From Solirubrobacteraceae bacterium (lineage in GTDB: Bacteria; Actinomycetota; Thermoleophilia; Solirubrobacterales; Solirubrobacteraceae), in contig DATAFH010000085.1 of assembly GCA_036257565.1 (NCBI GenBank), positions 36,937 through 100,936 of the forward strand: DNA of 64,000 bases, written 5' to 3'. The notes under the pieces are model-generated. The model made no database searches. It saw only the letters and a list, made by a program, of their open reading frames with translations, and was not told the origin of the DNA. The position numbers and the translations under genes are program-made. Below, in pieces: positions 61,902 through 64,000 of this stretch (its first letter is position 1; every line of letters starts with the position of its first letter).

Positions 61902-63295
61902 GCGGCCGGGCGGGCGTGGCCGGCAACCCCGTGCTGATCGGCGCGGCGACGATCCTCGTCGTCCTCGTCGCTGTGTTCCTCGCCTACAACGCGAACCAGG
62001 GCCTGCCGTTCGTGCCGACCTACGAGCTCAAGGCCGAGGTGCCCAGCGCGGCCAACCTCGTGGTCGGCAACGACGTGCGGATCGGCGGCTCGCGCGTGGG
62101 CTTCGTGAGCGGGATCGAGGCGGAGCCGAGCGACGACGGCTCCACGATCGCGGTGCTGGCCCTCACGATGGAGCGCGACGTCTCGCCGCTGCCGCGCGAC
62201 TCGACCCTCATCATCCGCCCGCGGTCGGCGCTCGGCCTCAAGTTCGTGGAGATCACCCGCGGCGACGACGAGCGGGGCTTCGCGGACGGCGCCACGATCC
62301 CGATCGCCGCCGCCACGCCGGCGCCCGTCGAGTTCGACGAGGTGCTGAGCATGTTCGACGAGGAGACGCGCGAGGCGGCGGCCACCAACACCACCGGCTT
62401 CGGCGACGCGTTCGCGGGCCGCGGCGAGTCGATCAACACCGCGATCGGCGCCTTCCGGCCGCTGCTGCGCGACATCGTCCCCGTGCTGGAGAACCTGTCG
62501 TCGGCACAGACGAACCTGCCCCGCTTCGTGCGCGAGCTGGCGGACGCGGCGGCGATCGTCGCGCCCGCCGCGGAGGCTCAGGCCGAGCTGTTCGTGAACC
62601 TCGACACCACGTTCCGCGCCCTGCGCGAGGTCGCCCGCCCATACCTCCAGGACTCGATCACCGGCGGGCGCCCGGCGCTCGACGCCGCGATCCGCTCGTT
62701 CCCGATCCAGCGGCCGTTCCTGCGCAACACCGAGGGCCTGTTCCGCGAGCTGCGGCCGGGCGCGGCTGCGCTGCGCACGTCGGCGCCGACGATGGCCGAC
62801 GCGCTGGAGGAGGGCACGCGCGTGCTGCCGCGCACGCCGCCGTTCAACCGCCGGCTGCTGTCGCTGCTCGAGGAGCTGCAGACGTTCGCCGAGGACCCGA
62901 TGGTCCCCCGAGGGCTGCGCGCGACGACCGGCGCGCTGCGCTCGCTCGAGCCGACGCTCACGTACCTGGCGCCGACCCAGACCGTCTGCAACTACGCGAC
63001 GCTGTGGTTCCGGAACGTCGCCTCGCTGCTGAGCGAGGGCGACCGCAACGGCACCTGGCAGCGCTTCATCATCATCGCGACACCGCAGGGGCCGAACAGC
63101 GAGGGCGGCCCGGCGAACGCGCCCGCCGACGGCCCGACGGAGGACAACCACCTCCACACGAACCCGTATCCGAACACCGCGGCGCCAGGCCAGCCGCGTG
63201 AATGCGAGGCCGGCAACGAGCCGTACCTCAGCGGCCAGACGGTGATCGGCAACGTGCGCGGGCGGCAGCAGGCGACGACGGAGGGCAACCCCTGA
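61898..63295 (+). CDS. Mce/MlaD-domain protein (third)
   Basis: ATG 61898 overlaps the upstream TGA (ATGA). YELKAEVPSAANLVVGNDVRIGGSRVGFVSGIE. Confidence 0.85.
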   Translation: MSGRAGVAGNPVLIGAATILVVLVAVFLAYNANQGLPFVPTYELKAEVPSAANLVVGNDVRIGGSRVGFVSGIEAEPSDDGSTIAVLALTMERDVSPLPRDSTLIIRPRSALGLKFVEITRGDDERGFADGATIPIAAATPAPVEFDEVLSMFDEETREAAATNTTGFGDAFAGRGESINTAIGAFRPLLRDIVPVLENLSSAQTNLPRFVRELADAAAIVAPAAEAQAELFVNLDTTFRALREVARPYLQDSITGGRPALDAAIRSFPIQRPFLRNTEGLFRELRPGAAALRTSAPTMADALEEGTRVLPRTPPFNRRLLSLLEELQTFAEDPMVPRGLRATTGALRSLEPTLTYLAPTQTVCNYATLWFRNVASLLSEGDRNGTWQRFIIIATPQGPNSEGGPANAPADGPTEDNHLHTNPYPNTAAPGQPRECEAGNEPYLSGQTVIGNVRGRQQATTEGNP

Positions 63296-64000
63296 TGCGC
63301 CGCCGCCCGCCGCGCAACGCCATGCTCGGACTGATCGCGCTCGCCGTGATCCTCGTGATCGTGTTCCTGGGCTTCACCAAGGACATCCCGTTCACGACCC
63401 CGTACCAGGTCAACGCGGTGTTCGAGTCGGCCAACTCGATCCGCCGGGGCTCGCCGGTCCGCATCGCGGGCGTCGAGGTCGGCAAGGTCAAGGAGGTCAA
63501 GCCGCACGAGGGCAGCGACGCCGCCGTCGTCGTCCTCCAGATCGACGACGCCGGGCTGCCGCTGCACGCCGACGCGACGGCCAAGATCCGCCCGCGCATC
63601 TTCCTCGAAGGCAACTTCTTCGTCGATCTGCAGGCCGGCTCGCCCGAGGCGCCGGAGCTCGAGGACGGGGGAACGCTCAAGGTCACGCAGACTGCCACCC
63701 CGGTGCAGCTCGACGAGGTGCTGACCGCGCTGCAGTCCGACACGCGCGAGGACCTCAAGGACCTGCTGGAGGCGCTCGCCGTCGCGCTCACCTCCAAGCC
63801 CACGTCGGCCGAGGATGCCGACGCCGACCCGTCCGCTCGCGGCGAGACGGCAGCGGAGTCGTTCAACGACGCGTACGACGACATCCCGGCCGCCGAGCGC
63901 TCGACCGCCCAGGTCTTCGAGGCGTTCCTGGGGGTCGAGCCCAGCCGCGACCTGTCGCGGCTGATCGACGGGACCGCGCGCACCACGGCCGCGCTGGCCC
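63295..64000 (+). CDS. Mce/MlaD-domain protein (fourth), 3' end outside the window
   Basis: ATG 63295 shares one nt with the upstream TGA (TGATG). MRRRPPRNAMLGLIALAVILVIVFLG...YQVNAVFESANSIRRGSPVRIAGVEVGKVKEV. The frame is open to the window end, so it is not in the ORF track. Confidence 0.8.
   Translation, partial: MRRRPPRNAMLGLIALAVILVIVFLGFTKDIPFTTPYQVNAVFESANSIRRGSPVRIAGVEVGKVKEVKPHEGSDAAVVVLQIDDAGLPLHADATAKIRPRIFLEGNFFVDLQAGSPEAPELEDGGTLKVTQTATPVQLDEVLTALQSDTREDLKDLLEALAVALTSKPTSAEDADADPSARGETAAESFNDAYDDIPAAERSTAQVFEAFLGVEPSRDLSRLIDGTARTTAALA

Overview
Very GC-rich (about 70% by eye, not computed) chromosomal segment with actinobacterial-type gene content: a YrbE/Mce operon, a DesA3-type desaturase with its reductase, HemQ/ChdC, an ECF42-like sigma factor next to a DGPF protein, and a holin-X/DUF3618 cluster. 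The best guess is Actinomycetota, possibly Thermoleophilia-like, but this cannot be verified here. I support about 65 protein-coding genes. They are tightly packed and very often joined by ATGA/GTGA/TGATG start-stop overlaps. I saw no rRNA, intact tRNA, CRISPR array, transposase, integrase or recognisable defence system, so the window reads as core chromosome with some decaying accessory or regulatory genes. Main blocks, left to right: PAS-GGDEF cyclase; BKACE/CoA-transferase/thioesterase trio; nitrilase-TetR; a four-gene coupled small-membrane-protein module; AI-2E transporter, GT1, DegV and an epimerase; DGPF protein plus ECF sigma; ADH-MtnA; ABC-2 exporter; Grx4-BolA/ErpA Fe-S trio; redoxin-like lipoprotein plus polytopic membrane protein; AlkA, HemQ and a GT4-flippase fusion; CNNM; MetH-patatin; MacB-type ABC; orphan LuxR regulator with a Zn-ribbon ORF; reductase-desaturase; a decayed PP2C/STAS/GlgX locus; a nitrogen island (GSIII, GSI, Amt, PII, PucR); and a YrbEAB-Mkl-Mce operon running off the right edge. 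The most interesting observations are: (1) an amt-PII-PucR operon whose PII lacks the canonical T-loop Tyr51; (2) a partner-switching remnant (intact STAS, PP2C gene with two frameshifts fused to an RsbQ-like hydrolase fragment) coupled to a frameshifted glgX; (3) five well-supported single-nucleotide frame breaks plus one weak candidate, concentrated in accessory genes; (4) a 17-bp perfect long-range inverted repeat enclosing a G-quadruplex motif in a convergent spacer; (5) several short repeat or palindrome candidates for operators in the nitrogen and mce promoter regions. I found no clearly novel multi-gene system. All functional calls rest on motif recognition by eye and need HMM or BLAST confirmation.
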